DNA of 64,000 nucleotides, from NCBI RefSeq assembly GCF_023055435.1, contig NW_025963802.1, positions 36,642,001 to 36,706,000 of the forward strand. Direction: 5' to 3'. Shown one piece after another: positions 1 to 14,002 of this stretch. The notes beneath the pieces were generated by a model, which saw only the letters and a program-made list of their open reading frames with translations, did not search any database and was not told the DNA's origin. This DNA is from Haliotis rufescens (Eukaryota). Positions within the stretch are counted from its first letter, which is position 1; every line of letters starts with the position of its first letter. Made by a program: the position numbers and the translations under genes.

Positions 1-39
1 AGCCATTCCGACGATACCTACCCCCTGAGTATAGTGATA
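1..39 (+). pseudogene. Inverted duplicate of the 3' end of peroxidase exon 3 (..PFRRYLPPEYSD) followed by a GTAAGT donor
   Basis: Positions 1-~220 are the near-exact reverse complement of 6317-~6100 (exon end, intron start and SINE). Confidence 0.7.
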
Positions 40-66
40 GTAAGTAGAGATGAACGTCATAAGTCT

Positions 67-335
67 ACCCGTGAAGATCCAGGGTAGAATGGGTCTTCAG
101 CAACCCATGCTTGCCATAAGAGGCGACTATGCATGTCGTAAAAGGCGACTAACGGAATCGGGTGGTCAGGCTCGCTGACTTGGTTGATGCATGTCATCGA
201 ATCCAAACTGCGTGGATCCATGCTCATGATGCCAATCACTGGATTGTCTGGTCCAGACTCGATTATTTACAGATCGCCTTCATATAGCTTGAATATTGAG
301 AATAATAGAGTGCGGCGTTAAACAACAAACCAGCC
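67..335 (+). mobile_element. Non-tRNA-headed short retroposon family C (other copies ~346-541, 2815-3045, 6010-6252, 8290-8555, 8630-8900, 12356-12620, 12864-13095, 20814-20975, 21280-21447)
   Basis: Dispersed ~270-bp repeat starting ACCCGTGAAG..., containing GTCGTAA(A/G)AGGCGACTAA, ending GCGGCGTTAAACAACAAAC. Confidence 0.8.
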
Positions 336-583
336 AGCCAACCAACCATTCTAGCTATATGAAGGCGGTCTGTAAATATATCGAGTCCGAACCAGACAAT
401 CTAGTGATGGACATCATGAGCCTCGATCTACGCAATTGGGAAACGATTACATACATGAACCATGTCGGCGACCCTGTTAGTCGTCTCTTAAGACAAGCAT
501 TGGTTGCTGAAGACCAATTTTAACCCGGATCTTCACCGGTTCACACCCCATGGACAAAAGCCTATTCGTCGTATTAGTATTAC

Positions 584-3500
584 CTGCTTTGAAACATTTT
601 GTTGATCCACACGTGTTGACGTTAGAGGGCAATAGATCGGCAGCAGGGCATCCATGTTGACTCGGTATCCTCTGGCATTTCATCAAACCTGGAAGAAACA
701 GGCGGTATATCATCGATTGTCCACCTTGTCGCATCCTACAACACATTCCCCATACCCCAGACTTGCAAAAGTATCTAAGTTATGAGTTTAAATTATGATA
801 ATTTCTAGATTATCTAAATATGAACAAGGTGTCCCTATTAGAGACTGGTATCCTGTACTGTGCGCTTATCTAGACTTGACTAAGGATAGAATTACTCGAC
901 ACCCAAGGACATATTCAATACAGCCTTGGAGCAAGGCTACCTATACCCATTCGCAACCATGGCATCGTTTCTGAAATGATCGCTTATCACCAGTAGAGAA
1001 TGATCTCGCTTATGAGCTTGATGTCGAAACCAATCAACGTGTCTCTTCTGAACGAGACTTAGTGCCATCTTGTTTTGTTTGAACATTTTTGTTTCAGATT
1101 GAAATAAATAGGGAACAAGTTATCCAGCTTAGGACCCCGCTCCGTCCATGAGCATAAAGTTAGCTTAACGTTAAGACGTCTACTCCAAAACAGTCACTCT
1201 TAATGCAACCAATATCCATACAAGCCCCCTCCCCACTCAAAATGAAATGATCGGTCCCTGACCACATATACGTATCATTGACACGTGACATACTGCCACG
1301 TGATAGCTTGAACGGAAGGAGTGTATTCCCAAAGTATTATCCTACGACTGAACTTATTTCAAAGGATGCTAAACGTTATAAGAAAATTTCATTCATAATT
1401 GATCATAATAAGTCTCACCAAGTTGAGGTGCAGTCAAACATTGATTGCCCTACCAACATACACGAAATAAACAGGTACCTTGATTAAATTCCCTCAAGGA
1501 ATCCTGTTCCTCCTTGGACGACCCATACACGTTCGATGCGTCGATGTAAGCCGTGATTTGATTCAACTGTTCAACGGGAGCTGAAGAGTAAATGAGTTGG
1601 GTTTAACGCCCATTTGAACAGTATTTCAGTTACATCACGGCATGTCAGCCTAATGTGGGAGGAAAGCCCGAAGTGATGCAGGTCTCAGACGTTTACCACT
1701 TTGGTGAAACTCACGAGCACGGGTATGGTACCAACAAACCTAGAAACATAATAAGGGCGAACCGGGATTCGAACCCACAATCATAGTTTCTGGCGTGCCC
1801 AAGGGACGCAACTCTGCACAGTTAATTGCGGCACCTTAGACGAAGTGGCCCCCCGTGAAATATTGATTCTGAACAGAGTGCTTTTATTCCAACTAAATAT
1901 TTTTCATAGGAATAGCAAGAATACTTATAATTCTAATTCGAAACTAATCGTTATTAAACTGCCTGGCCCTCCACATTGGCGTTATTCGAAACAGATCCAA
2001 GATTATTGCACTTTTATAGCGACGTGCATGTGTGTGTGTGCGTGTGCGTGTGCGTGTGCGTGTGCGTGTGCGTGTGCGTGTACGCGAGTCCGGACTGATG
2101 CCGATTTACAGTGCTAGCCCATCGAGATACCATGCCGCAGTTTAACATGAATACCCCTCTCAGACACAGTATACTGACTCGGAGCGCCAGACACGGTAAC
2201 AACAAGTACCATCTTTTACCGTCTTTTGGTAAGACGCGGCCGGGGATGGAAACTTTTAAAGTCAGTTAACTCTCTTGCCTCGGGAAAATGTCCAAATTTA
2301 AAGTTAAGGCGACTTTTAAATGCTAAATGTTTGTATGTGTATTAAACGTCGTTTTTGCAGGAATAAGGCCCATATCCGATACGTTTAATACATAGCCATA
2401 CTTTCAATTCAACCAACATCTGATGAGCCCAGGCGGAAAAGGGATACTTCAGTTGACCACGTACCAATCTCACAATCTGTATTTTCAACTTGCACTGACC
2501 GAGCAAAACTAAAGCAGTTGAGCTTCTTCTTTCTTGTTGGTCCATTGAAGACTGGGTCGGTGGGCAATATGGGTATGGGGAAGCAAGTTCTGAAAAATAA
2601 AATTTATTGTCCTTTTAATATTTTGTGGCTGCATATTGTTTTGTAATACGTTGCAGCTACTTTTCTTATTTCGGATGCGACAGTTGTATGGCACCATATC
2701 GAAAAAAGACCCGCCACGTCACAAGATTTACGATGTTTAGAACTGATTTTCTTCAATCGAGCCAAGGATAATTACCAACGAAATCACAAAAAACGCAAAA
2801 TATTAACATATTAAGAAGTTCAATATTTTCGCCGCCCTCAGCAATATTCAGGCTATATGATGGCGGTCGGTAAAAAAATGAGTCTGGACCAGACAATCCA
2901 GTGATCGACATCATGAGGATCGATCCACGCAGTTTGGATACGGTGACATGCGTCAACCAAGACAGCGAGCCTGACCTCCCGATCCCGTTAGTCGCCTGTT
3001 ACGGCAAGTTTGCTGAAGATCTAACCTGGATCTTCCATGGTCTATGCAAGAGTGGGTGAGTAAGGTTTTACGCAGGTGTTAGCAATATTCTAGCAATCTC
3101 ACGGGGGGTTGGGGTGTCCAAGAAATGGGCTTCACAAAGAATGCATGAGAGTGGCATACTCACTCGTATGAGTAAATTGCTTTCACAGCATACTCGGTAA
3201 CGCTTTTCAGTTTGTCTTCACAGCAGGCATATGGCTTTACGTCGTTTCCTGTCATATAGGGTTAGAAAATGTAATAAGAAAAATGCATTGGTGAGGTATA
3301 GGCGAGATGAAATGGGGTTTTACCTCGCGGTCAAGATTATTGCACTTCTATAGCGACGTGCATATGCACGCGGGTGTGGCTGCCTTTAATAGGCTGTGCT
3401 AAAGCCGGTTTGTAATACCAGTTCACTGGGCCATCATGACCCAGTTTACATGGATACCAGTCCTTGTTCCATCCCTTTACTGCCGAGCGCCAGGAAGGAT

Positions 3501-6500
3501 AAAAATCATATTCGTGTGAGGAAATCGACATCCGGTTGTTAACTGATTGCAGGAATTGCAAAGCATGTGCACCGTCAGCTTGGCGTCGACATATAGTTTG
3601 CAAATCTTTTCATGTTTTTCATCAAGGTCCTCGCGTGATTTGAGGCACTTCGTGGGGTAAGACCCATTTTATTCCAATTTAGATCTTGATTATTGATCAG
3701 ATCGCCTTGATTTAGCGCTGCCATTTTGTTTGAAGCAAATGTTTGTGATATGAGAGGTTAAATTTGATTGGTCAATAGGAGTGCCATAGAAGGGGCATAA
3801 CTCGTAATATCCACTGGTGGCGCTTCGATCGAGCCCAGAAATTCTAGTCAAGTTCGGCAAGTGTGGAAAATGGACCTTTTCTCCCTTGCCTCGGGAAGGG
3901 ATGACACGGCCGGGAATCAAACCACCGACCTTCCGCTCTCAAGGCAGACGCTCTATCCGCTTGTCCACGGAAGCGGTCCCGGCAGGGTTAGAACTTTACA
4001 CTTGCCCGATAGCCCGGGGCTAGTACACATTCCAGCAGGCTAGTACAAATTTCTCACTTTCCCTTTGTTTTAGTATTACAAGGGCACTTTATCTTCACCC
4101 GGGCTAGCGAAGCTTTTGAATTTAGTTCTAACCCTGGCGGTGGAAAACGTACCGAAATGTGATGAGCAATATTTCACTTATATTGCGACCTGTCAGCTTA
4201 ATGTGCGAGCAAATCGCAAAGCGGTGCCACTGTTAGGCGTTTACCATTGGTACAGTGCTGAAGGAAGCAAAGGATTATATCGAGGGCCACACTGGGATAC
4301 GATCCCATGCTCAGTAGATCATGGCATACCTAAGGGACGTAACTCTGGCTGAATTGCCTCAGACGAAAATTACAAAACTGTCCACCTTGACGCCATGATA
4401 TAGCCATGAGATTCATACATCATATTCTTTAATATTTCTTTCAAAGTTTGCTGAAGAAACCTTGCATCACTGCCCAAATTGAAAATGCACATCGAATGAG
4501 TTACTGTTTTTCATCGCATATTCCATCTACCTCGTGGCGGCATGTAAGATGTCGAATCTGGTCCAGGAAAACAATGGTTTACAGAATGAGCAACGATAAT
4601 CCATATTCATATTCCAATAAACTCACACAAAGTGAATGTCAAGTCTTAATATTAATAGGAGGTGTAGAGGTGTACTGACCAATCTTTTCGGCCTGCACGG
4701 GGGTGAAGTCGATGTCGTGGTCTAGGAACTGCCCCCATTGCATCACCATGTGCGTGACGCCAGCTTCCTCCACCACCTCCGTGCCAGCAGTGTGGAACCG
4801 TCGACTCACTTCCCGGGCGCTGGGCAGCGGTCCTTTCTTGCCCTTCAAGCGTGGTTGACTTTCTTCTGCAGTATAGTCAATGGCCGTGTCAGAATGTCAA
4901 ATAGGACATATAAAAGAGAAACGACTTGCATATATCTGTCTTACAAAGGGCTGAAGGAAAATTCACTATTCCCAGCCATCTTTTGAATTATGAATAAGCT
5001 TAAATATGTGTGAAAACAGTATTGCCCAGTCCTGGAGAATTGCAAGGTTTACGTGTTTGGCACAGGAAAAAATCCCTACCCTAATTTTAACTCGTTGAAA
5101 CGTAAATAATTCTTTTTTTCAAAAGCAGCAAAATCCACCAGTTAGGCATGTTTTGTTTAACACCGCATTCTGCAGCACTTATCCAGCTATATGAAGGCGG
5201 TCTGTAAATAAATCTGTCGACCAGACAATCCAGTGAAATATCCCCCACAAGTACCACATTACTCCCAAAGGAACTGAGAACATAACATGAACATACCGAT
5301 GAACTGACTGCGGCAATAATAACAGCCTATAAAATATACATTTGATTACATATGTATCAGTAGCAGTACAGTGCGCAGTCGTGTAACATAGTTTACACTG
5401 AGTGAGTTGTGTTTAACGCCCCTTTGAACAGTATTCCTGTTATTTAGCTCTAGTGAGGTAAGGTGAAATGAGATTTATCACTGCGTTCAAGATTATTGCA
5501 CTTACATCGGGTAGCCTAGTGGTTAAAGCGTTCGCTCGTCACGCTAAAGACCCGGGTTCGATTCCCGATGGGTACGATGTGTGAAGCCTGTGTCTGGTGT
5601 CCCATGCCGTGATATTGCTGGAATATTGCTAAAAGCGGCGTAAAACAAACTCACTCACCCACTATTGCACGCACATAACGACGTGCATACGGGTGAGTTA
5701 TATCGCGGCGTGTCCGCTTAATGTGGGAGGAAAGCCTGAAGTGATGCAGGTCGTAGACGTTTACCACTTCGGTGAAACCCACGAGCACGGGTATGGTGCA
5801 GACAAACCAAGAAACATAAATCGCATCGAACAGGGATTCGAACCCACAATCATAGATTTCTGGCCACAGACCCGACCACTATACCACAGGGTTGGTGTCC
5901 ACATATACTACTCAACATTATCTAAGAATCAACCCTTTTCCTAAAGACGACTATTTTAGTCCTTAGCAAATGTTGAGTAGTATACGTATACTGTAGACTT
6001 ATGATATTTTTGTTCGTTGTTTAACGCCAGCTTTATGACGGCGGTCTGTAAATAATCGAGTCTGGACCAGACAATCCAGTGGTTGATATCAGGAGCATCG
6101 ATCCACGCAGTTTGGATTCGATGACATGCATCAACCAAGTCAGCGAGCCTGACCACCCGATTCCGTTAGTCGCCTTTTACGACATGCATAGTCGCCTTTT
6201 ATGGCAAGCATGGGTTGCTGAAGACCTATTCTACCCTGGATCTTCACGGGTAGACTTATGACGTTCATCTCTACTTACTATCACTATACTCAGGGGGTAG
6301 GTATCGTCGGAATGGCTGATTTGCCGCTCCCCAATGCGGATGGTCCAGGTTGTTACAGCTGCCGTCGGGAGTACGATAGAGGTCCTCTTCAGAACACTTA
6401 AACGACGCGGGACAGTCTGCCTTTTTCTTAGCACGCTTAATCTCTTCTTTTGACGCTTTTGGGTGTCTAAACGAGATATTGACATTGTTGGTTGTGTATT

Positions 6501-9375
6501 CGGCAATATTCCAGCTTTTCCATCACTGTGGTCTAAATAACCTGGAAAAAATCATGGCTTCTTTGTCTTTGACTGGGCATTTAGCCGACTGTTTAACACC
6601 ACTTGTCAAGGGCGGATCTTCTCCCTCTCTCCCACCCTTTGATAAAACAGTTTCACGGAAAACGAAGGTCTTTTACCACGGAGACATGGAAGAAACTATG
6701 AAATTAACAACTTATAAAAACATTATGATGACGTCACGCCATTTTTCTTGCAGTTGTTTCTGAACCAGGTATTCACTAGCCATTCTGAACATGCATTTTA
6801 AACAAGTATATAACTGATGCAATTTTCATTATGCAAAAATATGGAAGGATTATATATCAACCTTAATAATTGAAAGGTTTAAGCCAGGGAAACTCAAATC
6901 TGTTGATTCCGAAAGTCTCCGAAATAATCAGATTGTCGTGATGTTCTCATGATTTATGCTGTCCGTTTTATGTTATTCTATGCATTGTACGAACGCGTGA
7001 TTTTGTAGCTTTTCGTTCAAACAAACGAACATCTAGAAAAGTAATGGTGCTGACAAACCTTCAAACAATCGGTGCGAACCGGGATTCGTGGGTTTGAAAC
7101 CCGGTTCGCTCCGATAATAGGTTTCTGGCGTGCCCAATGGACGCAACTCTGTATGGCGAACTGCGGCGCCCGTGCTTCTGATATACAACTGTACATGTGT
7201 ATAAAAACTGATATCAAACTATGAGGGGATGCGGCAACCACAGCGACTACCCAACCATCACACGGCAACGACACCGTCTGCCCAACCATCACACGGCAAC
7301 CAAAGCGACTGCCCAACCATCACACGACAACCACAGCGACTGCCCAACCCTCACACGGCAACCACAGCGACTGCCCAACCCTCACGCGGCAACCACAGCG
7401 ACTACCCAACCATCACACGGCAACCACAGCGACTACCCAACCATCACACGACAACCACAGCGACTACCAAACCATCACACGGCAACCACAGTGACTACCC
7501 AACCATCACACGGCAACGACACCGTCTGCCCAACCATCACAAGGCAACGACACCGACTGCCCAACCCTCACACGGCAACCACAGCGACTGCTCAACCATC
7601 ACACGACAACTACAGCTGCAGCCCAACCATCACACGGCAACCACAGCTACAACAACCATCACACGTCAACCAGATACATATGTCTGTTTGACGCCGCACT
7701 CAGCAATATTCCAGCTATATGACGGTGGTCAGTAATAGCGATATAGTCCGTATAGTCTATAGTAAGTAACTCCCTCGCCTCGGGAAGATAGGTCTCACAA
7801 CGTTTCATCATAAAGTCTACTTACTCTTTCAGAAACTTTCTTAAGTTTTTGCGTTTCAGCTTCTGGTCTTTCGACCTGGTGATCGATTTAAAGCTGCTTC
7901 GCACCAGTCCAAAATGAAAGTTGAACGAGGAATTTATAACCCGACTAGGCCGCTTTGCATCACTGCCGGACAAGGCTGAAATCGAAGTTTTAATTTGGGA
8001 ATTAAGAATTCAACGCCAGTGTTTAAGTTATGTCACGATGTGTATATTTGATGTGGGAGCAAAACCCGAAGTAATGCAGGTCTCAGACGTTTACCTTTGG
8101 TAAAAAACCCAAACTGGGTTATAGTACTGACAAACCAACGATCATCAGGTCGGGCCGGGATTTCAACCCATGATGATAGGATTCTGGCACGCTTAAGGGA
8201 CGCTACTCTGCAGAGCGAATTGCTGCGTCTCAGGGATCGAGATATACATGTTAAAGACATACTTTATCGCATCACAACATCCTTTCATTTTGTTTGTTGT
8301 TTAACGTCGCACTCAGCAATATTCCAGCTATATGACGGCGGTCTGTAAAATAATCGAGTCTGGACCAGACAATCCAGTAATTGACATCATGAGCATCGAC
8401 CCACGCAATTAGGATCGATGGCATGTATCAACCAGGTCAGCGAGCCTGACCATCCGATCCCGTTAGTCGCCTTTTAATTTACGACAAGCATGGTCGTCTT
8501 TTACGGCAAGTATGGGTTGCTAAAGACATTTTCTACCCCTGAATCTTCACGGGTACACTGAATTAAAACGAAATACCCTACATGTCAACATTATGACTGA
8601 ACACAGCTCCAAGGACACGCGAAGCATGGGACCCGTGAAGGTCCGGGTTTGAATAGGTCTTCAGCAACCCATTCTTGCCGTAAAAGGTAACTATGCTTGT
8701 CGTAAGAGGCGACTTAACGGGATCGGGTGGTCAGGCTTGCTGACTTGGTTGACGCATGTCATCGATCCCAATTGCGTGGATCGATGCTTATGGTATCAAT
8801 CACTGGATTGTCTGGTCTAGACTCGATTATTTACAGACCGCCGTCACACAGCTGGAATATTGCTGAGTGCGGCGTAAAACAAAGAACCAGCCAACCAGCA
8901 GCGAGGAATGTGTAAAACTTGGTTACACCCTCTGCATGGCGACGAAGCAATCGTGGAATTCGAATCGAGGAGTAGCAGGTCCTGACATGACAAAAGGGAC
9001 ACAACTCTGTCGCCATGAAATTATGTGTAAATTTCATATAGGACTGCACGATGACTTTGTAATGAATTATTTGCATACTATTAGTAAACGTCGGTTCTAT
9101 GGCTAAACGTCAACTACCCGCAAGAAGATCCAAACGATACTCAATTATCTTCTACTTACGGCAAAATAGTATGTGTATGAAAATAAAATTCTTGGAAAAA
9201 AAGATACATATAATGGCTATGTTAAGGAGCTAGAGTTTCAAGTACAAATTATTAACAAACATTCTTAACAGAAAATGGACCATGTAATAATGGACTGAAT
9301 ATCAGAATCTCTGCCCAACTAATGTCTACAAAGCCTGCACATACATTCACTATAATAATAATCATAATCACCATA

Positions 9376-9407
<32 letters not shown>

Positions 9408-9503
9408 AATCATAACCATAATCATCATAATCATCATAATAATACCTGCAAGAAGGAAGAGAAGGAACTGAGTTTGAAGAAGCAGCGAAACTGTCGCGAC
9501 CAT
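584..9503 (-). CDS. Secreted animal heme peroxidase (peroxidase-cyclooxygenase superfamily; peroxinectin/chorion-peroxidase-like), 5' part, continues beyond left edge
   Basis: Phase-compatible GT-AG exons: 9503-9446, 7975-7825, 6466-6279, 4865-4680, 3248-3194, 2589-2465, 1580-1479, 688-584. Spliced protein has signal peptide MVATVSLLLQTQFLLFLLAALSGSDA, then YRTPDGSCNNLDHPHWG, PLPSAREVS, MQWGQFLDHDIDFT (distal His), CC..CFPI, EQLNQITAYIDASNVYGS and CFKAG. Confidence 0.93.
3983..4136. mobile_element. MITE with CAGGGTTAGAACT terminal inverted repeats (hAT-like ends)
   Basis: CAGGGTTAGAACT ... AGTTCTAACCCTG. TSD not evident. Confidence 0.6.
7232..7672. repeat. 31-bp minisatellite, ~14 copies, in peroxidase intron 2
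   Basis: Unit CACGGCAACCACAGCGACTRCCCAACCMTCA. Confidence 0.9.
9352..9443. repeat. (ATC/ATA)n microsatellite abutting the donor of the first peroxidase coding exon
   Basis: Seen directly in the sequence. Confidence 0.9.
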
Positions 9504-11807
9504 TATCTGCAAAAAAAGGTAAAGTTTAGACACGTAACGTGAGTATGGTTTTACGCCGCTTTTAAGCATTAGTCCAGCAATATCACGGCGGGGAACACCA
9601 GAAGACATGTGGGGAAGGTAATACTGGTTGATGTAGCGTGTGTGGCCGCGCATCCAGAGTTAACAGGTCAGAGTACGGGTATCTTAATCCCGAGGTACAT
9701 CTATTAAATCATATTTGTCATATCAAATTCAAGTATATTTAAGGGAAGATAAATAGTTTGCATAGTTGTATTTAATATACAATGTATCCATGTTATATAG
9801 TCAAAAGCAAATTTTGTCATGTAGACATGTACATACAAAGATGTTTATTTGGCATCGTGGGTTTGCGCCGTTTGTTGTGTTCGCGGAGAAACATTCAGGA
9901 CGGACAGAAAAAAACTTTTAAAAACTTGTGTCAGTGCATCACAGCTCATATCACAATCTCAAATCCAGTTTGGCCTTAGGCCGGCGCCACCACTCGCTAT
10001 AGCAACTGGCTTTTGATTCTATCGCCTAACATGGCCAGTGAATGTTTTAAATAAACAAGAACCTAATCTGTGAGGGGTCATTTTTTCTCTGTATTCGACT
10101 CTGGTAAACATATGACTAACCGCTGGTTGGTGTCTATTTTCTGCTGCAATATTCGAAACAGTGAGTTGGCTTGAACGGCACATGTGTATCGACTTTTTGA
10201 AATGACTACAGCGATGTTGTTTGAAAAAAGATGAGTTGTTTAACGCCGCACTGAGCAATGTACTACCTATGTGACGGCGCTCTGTAAATATCTCACGCAT
10301 GCACGCACGCACGCACGCGGCTTCATTTTCTTATAATCAAAAACTTATAAAAACATTAAATGAGTCCTACATTGAGTAGATCACAGTACTATCCAGAGTG
10401 AGTGAGTTGGGTTTAATGCCGCTTTTAACAGTATTCCAGTTATATCGCGGCGTATCAGCTTAATGTGGAAGGAAAGCCCGACGTGATGCATGTCTCAGAC
10501 GTTTACCACTTCGGTGAAACCCACGAGCACGGGTATGGTGCTGAAAACCTAGAAACATAATCGGGAAGAACCCGGGATTCGAACTCAAAATCATAGGTTT
10601 CTGGCGTGCCCAAGGGACGCAACCCTGCAAAGCGAATCGCGGGGCCTTAGACGACTGGGCCAGCCGTGCCCCCGCCGCTATAAGAAGAAAGTATCTCTCG
10701 CCATGTTACACTGAATATCCACCTCTTATAAAATTCACACAGCTAATGCAAACAGGTAATAATCTTGTCCTTCATAATATGAGTTATTACAAAGCAATTA
10801 AGAATTAAGAAATACCTTATACCTTTGTTTCGTGTATGAAATTGTTATGATATATGCATTTTAATCCAGCATGCGCGATTTTTCAAGCTATTTTAATGTA
10901 TTATGGGCCGGTGGTCGGTAATGGAAACATTTCTATCGATTCCCTAACATTGATATTTGAAACATAACATTTAACAGTCAGCAATGATAATTTTTATAAT
11001 GTGCAAGTCATTGATATTCCTATTGTAAACACAAGATGCCAATGTCTTCCTTCCTGCTGAATCTGACTTCTTAATAACAGGTAACATTTCTTGGGATGTG
11101 GGATCAGACGTTCAACAATTTACACCAGCACTGGACACATTTATGGTAGCAATAAATATAAATCCCACGTCTACCAGAGTCAGCTAAAGCTGCACTACTC
11201 CGTACTGTCTACCAACACCCAATACATATTTACAAAACTTATTATGAAATCTATCAATAACAGCTCTTTCTTGAAAGCCCCACACCAATTCATACAACGA
11301 AAGTGGTTTGTTTTACAATCAAACTTAAATGATATATTTACAGGAATATTTGGGTATTTATGCTTTCTCTTCTTAATACCAGAGGTTTAATGGCTTTTGA
11401 TACAAGATATACACAAATAACACTCAAATAACTAACTGAGGAAATCATAGTTAAAAAATGAACTTCAAAGTCTTACGATATCGTTTCAGCCCTGCTGACA
11501 CTTCCACCGTCTTTGCAGGAAATGAATACATGCGCTAAATACGTGCGCGTAACTGCCAACCTTTATGATCTGTAAATCACGCTGTGCACGTAATTAACAT
11601 GCGATGATGCTGAGGTGTCACGCTTACAGGCCAAATGAGTTCCACCAAGGTCATGCTGTTATTATTGTGAGTGAGGGAACATAAATTGCTTCAGGTCGCA
11701 GCAACTTTTATAATTTTAAGGGATAATAGATTTTCGAAGAAGAATTGACATTTGAAATAAATTATTTCTGGAATTGAGATTATCACCTTTGAAAGAATTT
11801 TATTCAA

Positions 11808-12185
11808 TACACTAGAGAACCAGTCTATTTGAGAAGAGTTGCAAGGCTACCGGGCGGACTGATAGACGGCATACTCCTATAAGTCGAATGTTTCTCCTAG
11901 TTGACGCTACGCATCTAAGATGTCGCAGCGCATGTACACTAGAGAACCAGTCTATTTGAGAAGAGTTGCAAGGCCACCGGGCGGACTGATAGACGGCATA
12001 CTCCTATAAGTCGAATGTTACTCCTAGAACGATAGAACGAGGCGAAAAAGCGATAACACGAGACGAGAAAGCGGTAACACGAGAAGAGAAAGCAATACCA
12101 CGAGACGAGAAAGCGGTAACACGAGAAGAGAAAGCAATACCACGAGACGACAAAGCGATAACACGAGACGAGAAAGCGGTAACAA
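11808..12185. repeat. 93-bp direct repeat (offset 127) followed by a 21-bp tandem array
   Basis: 11808-11900 matches 11935-12027, then ACGAGACGAGAAAGCGGTAAC-type units. Confidence 0.85.
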
Positions 12186-12209
12186 GATGCTGATGTTCGA
12201 CTGTTTCAG

Positions 12210-12328
12210 TTTGTGTGTCTGGTTCAAGGATGTGGGCAGACATTCAGTGCCCCGAAGAGCCGGAAGAACCACATGGTCAAGAAGCACAAGTACCCTGCCA
12301 ACTACAGATTTGATAGAGCCAAACCAGG
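12210..12328 (+). CDS. ZNF511: ZNF511-like C2H2 zinc-finger exon
   Basis: ttcag| FVCLVQGCGQTFSAPKSRKNHMVKKHKYPANYRFDRAKP |gtgagc. It matches the ZNF511-type finger CLVxGC...RKxHxxxxHxYPxxxRFD, recognised from memory of the family. Confidence 0.75.
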
Positions 12329-14002
12329 GTGAGCAGGGACATCTGACAAAATCAGGACCTGTGAAGACCCCGGGTAGAATAGGCCTTCACCAACCCACGC
12401 TGACTATGCTTGTTGTGAGAGGCGACTGACGGGGTCGGGTGGTCAGGCTCACTGATTTGGCTGATGCATGTCATTGTATCCCAACTGCATGGATCGATGC
12501 TCATGATGTCAATCACTGGATTTTCTTTACAACTGACTGGTCCAGACTCGATTGTTTACAGACCGCCGTCATATAGCTGGAATATATCTGAGTGCGCCAT
12601 TAGATAATAAACAAACAAAAGTTCATAGAATATCCTCTTACCAAGTCAGACTTGTGGCATTAACGTTCTTAAACAACAATGGTTTGCCTATTGTAATAAG
12701 TAGCTAGGAGAGACCTGTTCTGTCTCAGAACCTCATGAAACTGGTATCAGTATTATTGTATTATGCACTGCAATGTCAGGAACATAAGCTTGACAAGTTG
12801 TTCAGGGTTGATCTGGGTTGCGGTGTTCGGGGCCTAGGTGAAGTTTTCAAGGGATTTTTATGGTTTGTTTGTTTGTTTGTTTGTTTGTTTGTTTGTTGTT
12901 TAACGCCGCACTCAGCAATATTTCAGTTATATGACAGCGGTATGTAAATAATCAAGTCTTGACCAGAGAATCCATCAAACCAAGTCAGCGAGCCTGACCA
13001 CCCGACCCCGTTAGTCGCCTCTTATGACAAGCATAGTCGCCTTTTACGGCAAACATGGGTTGCTTAAGACCTGTTCTACCCCAGATCTTCGCTGGTCGAT
13101 TCGTGATGAGCGAACGCTTTAACCACTAGGCTACCCGACCGCCCCTGCATAAACAAGAGTTCACCCTGATGCCTGTGTATTTGCAAAATAATTATACTGC
13201 AATCCATATTGTAATATATGGGGAGCTAAAGTGTTTGAGAGTGATTGATACTGATTCTACAAGCAAATCCTTTTTTCTACATACTAAAGTAAATATTACC
13301 TGGCATGGTCCATCGCCATAATTTTGTAGTCATGGATACAGGGGAGATAACACCATGAAAGAAATATCAATTCCGGTGTTTCAGCCAGTCAATTTCTGTC
13401 TGTCAATTTTGAAGGAAACATCATTTGTAAATGAATTTCTGTGTAGATTGTAGGTTAAACAATATAAATGATAACAAGACTTGTTTTTTTATTTTTGAAC
13501 CAATATACCGGAACAGCGAAAAAAATATTGAACTATAAATCATTTGAAAAGCGTCTTGAACTGAACCGGTAATATTGTACTGTACTGTACTCTACTGTAC
13601 ACTAGAAAGTGTAAACCAATGGTCTGCAGAAGGTTCAGCTTCAGTTGGCAGACAAATACCTGAGTGAGTGAGTGAGTATGGTTTTATGCCGCTTTTAGCA
13701 ATATTCCTGCAAGATCACTCCGGGGTACACCAGAAATAGGCTTTACACATTGTATTCATGTGGGGAATCAAATCCGGTTCTTCGGCGTGACAAGCCAACG
13801 CTTTAACCACTAGGCTACCCCAACGCCCCTGCCTTAGGATGAACAGTGTTGCAAGAGTATAGCATTACATCAGATAAACAGCTGTCTGAACCAAATGGGG
13901 TGTTACTGAATGTGGATGACTTGCAATGACATTCTTATTTAAACATGCCTGTTGAATGCAAACGTGCAAGTGGAATAGAATCTTGGCCTCATGTTGTCCT
14001 CT

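Noticed and set aside
7221-7735. Thr/His/Gln-rich ORFs
   Set aside because: Artefact of a 31-bp intronic minisatellite; the unit is not a multiple of 3 and the ORFs are antisense to the host gene.
8925-8985. Candidate minus-strand exon reading PRFEFHDCFV, resembling the plant class III peroxidase motif
   Set aside because: It has no phase-compatible donor, and exons 9446 and 7975 splice directly to give a clean signal peptide. Treated as coincidence.
9252-9445. Ile/Met-rich transmembrane-like ORF extension
   Set aside because: Translation of an intronic (ATC/ATA)n microsatellite past the donor site.
11074-11187. Possible terminal exon on the plus strand (NISWDVGSDVQQFTPALDTF...)
   Set aside because: No recognisable homology or partner exon; insufficient support.
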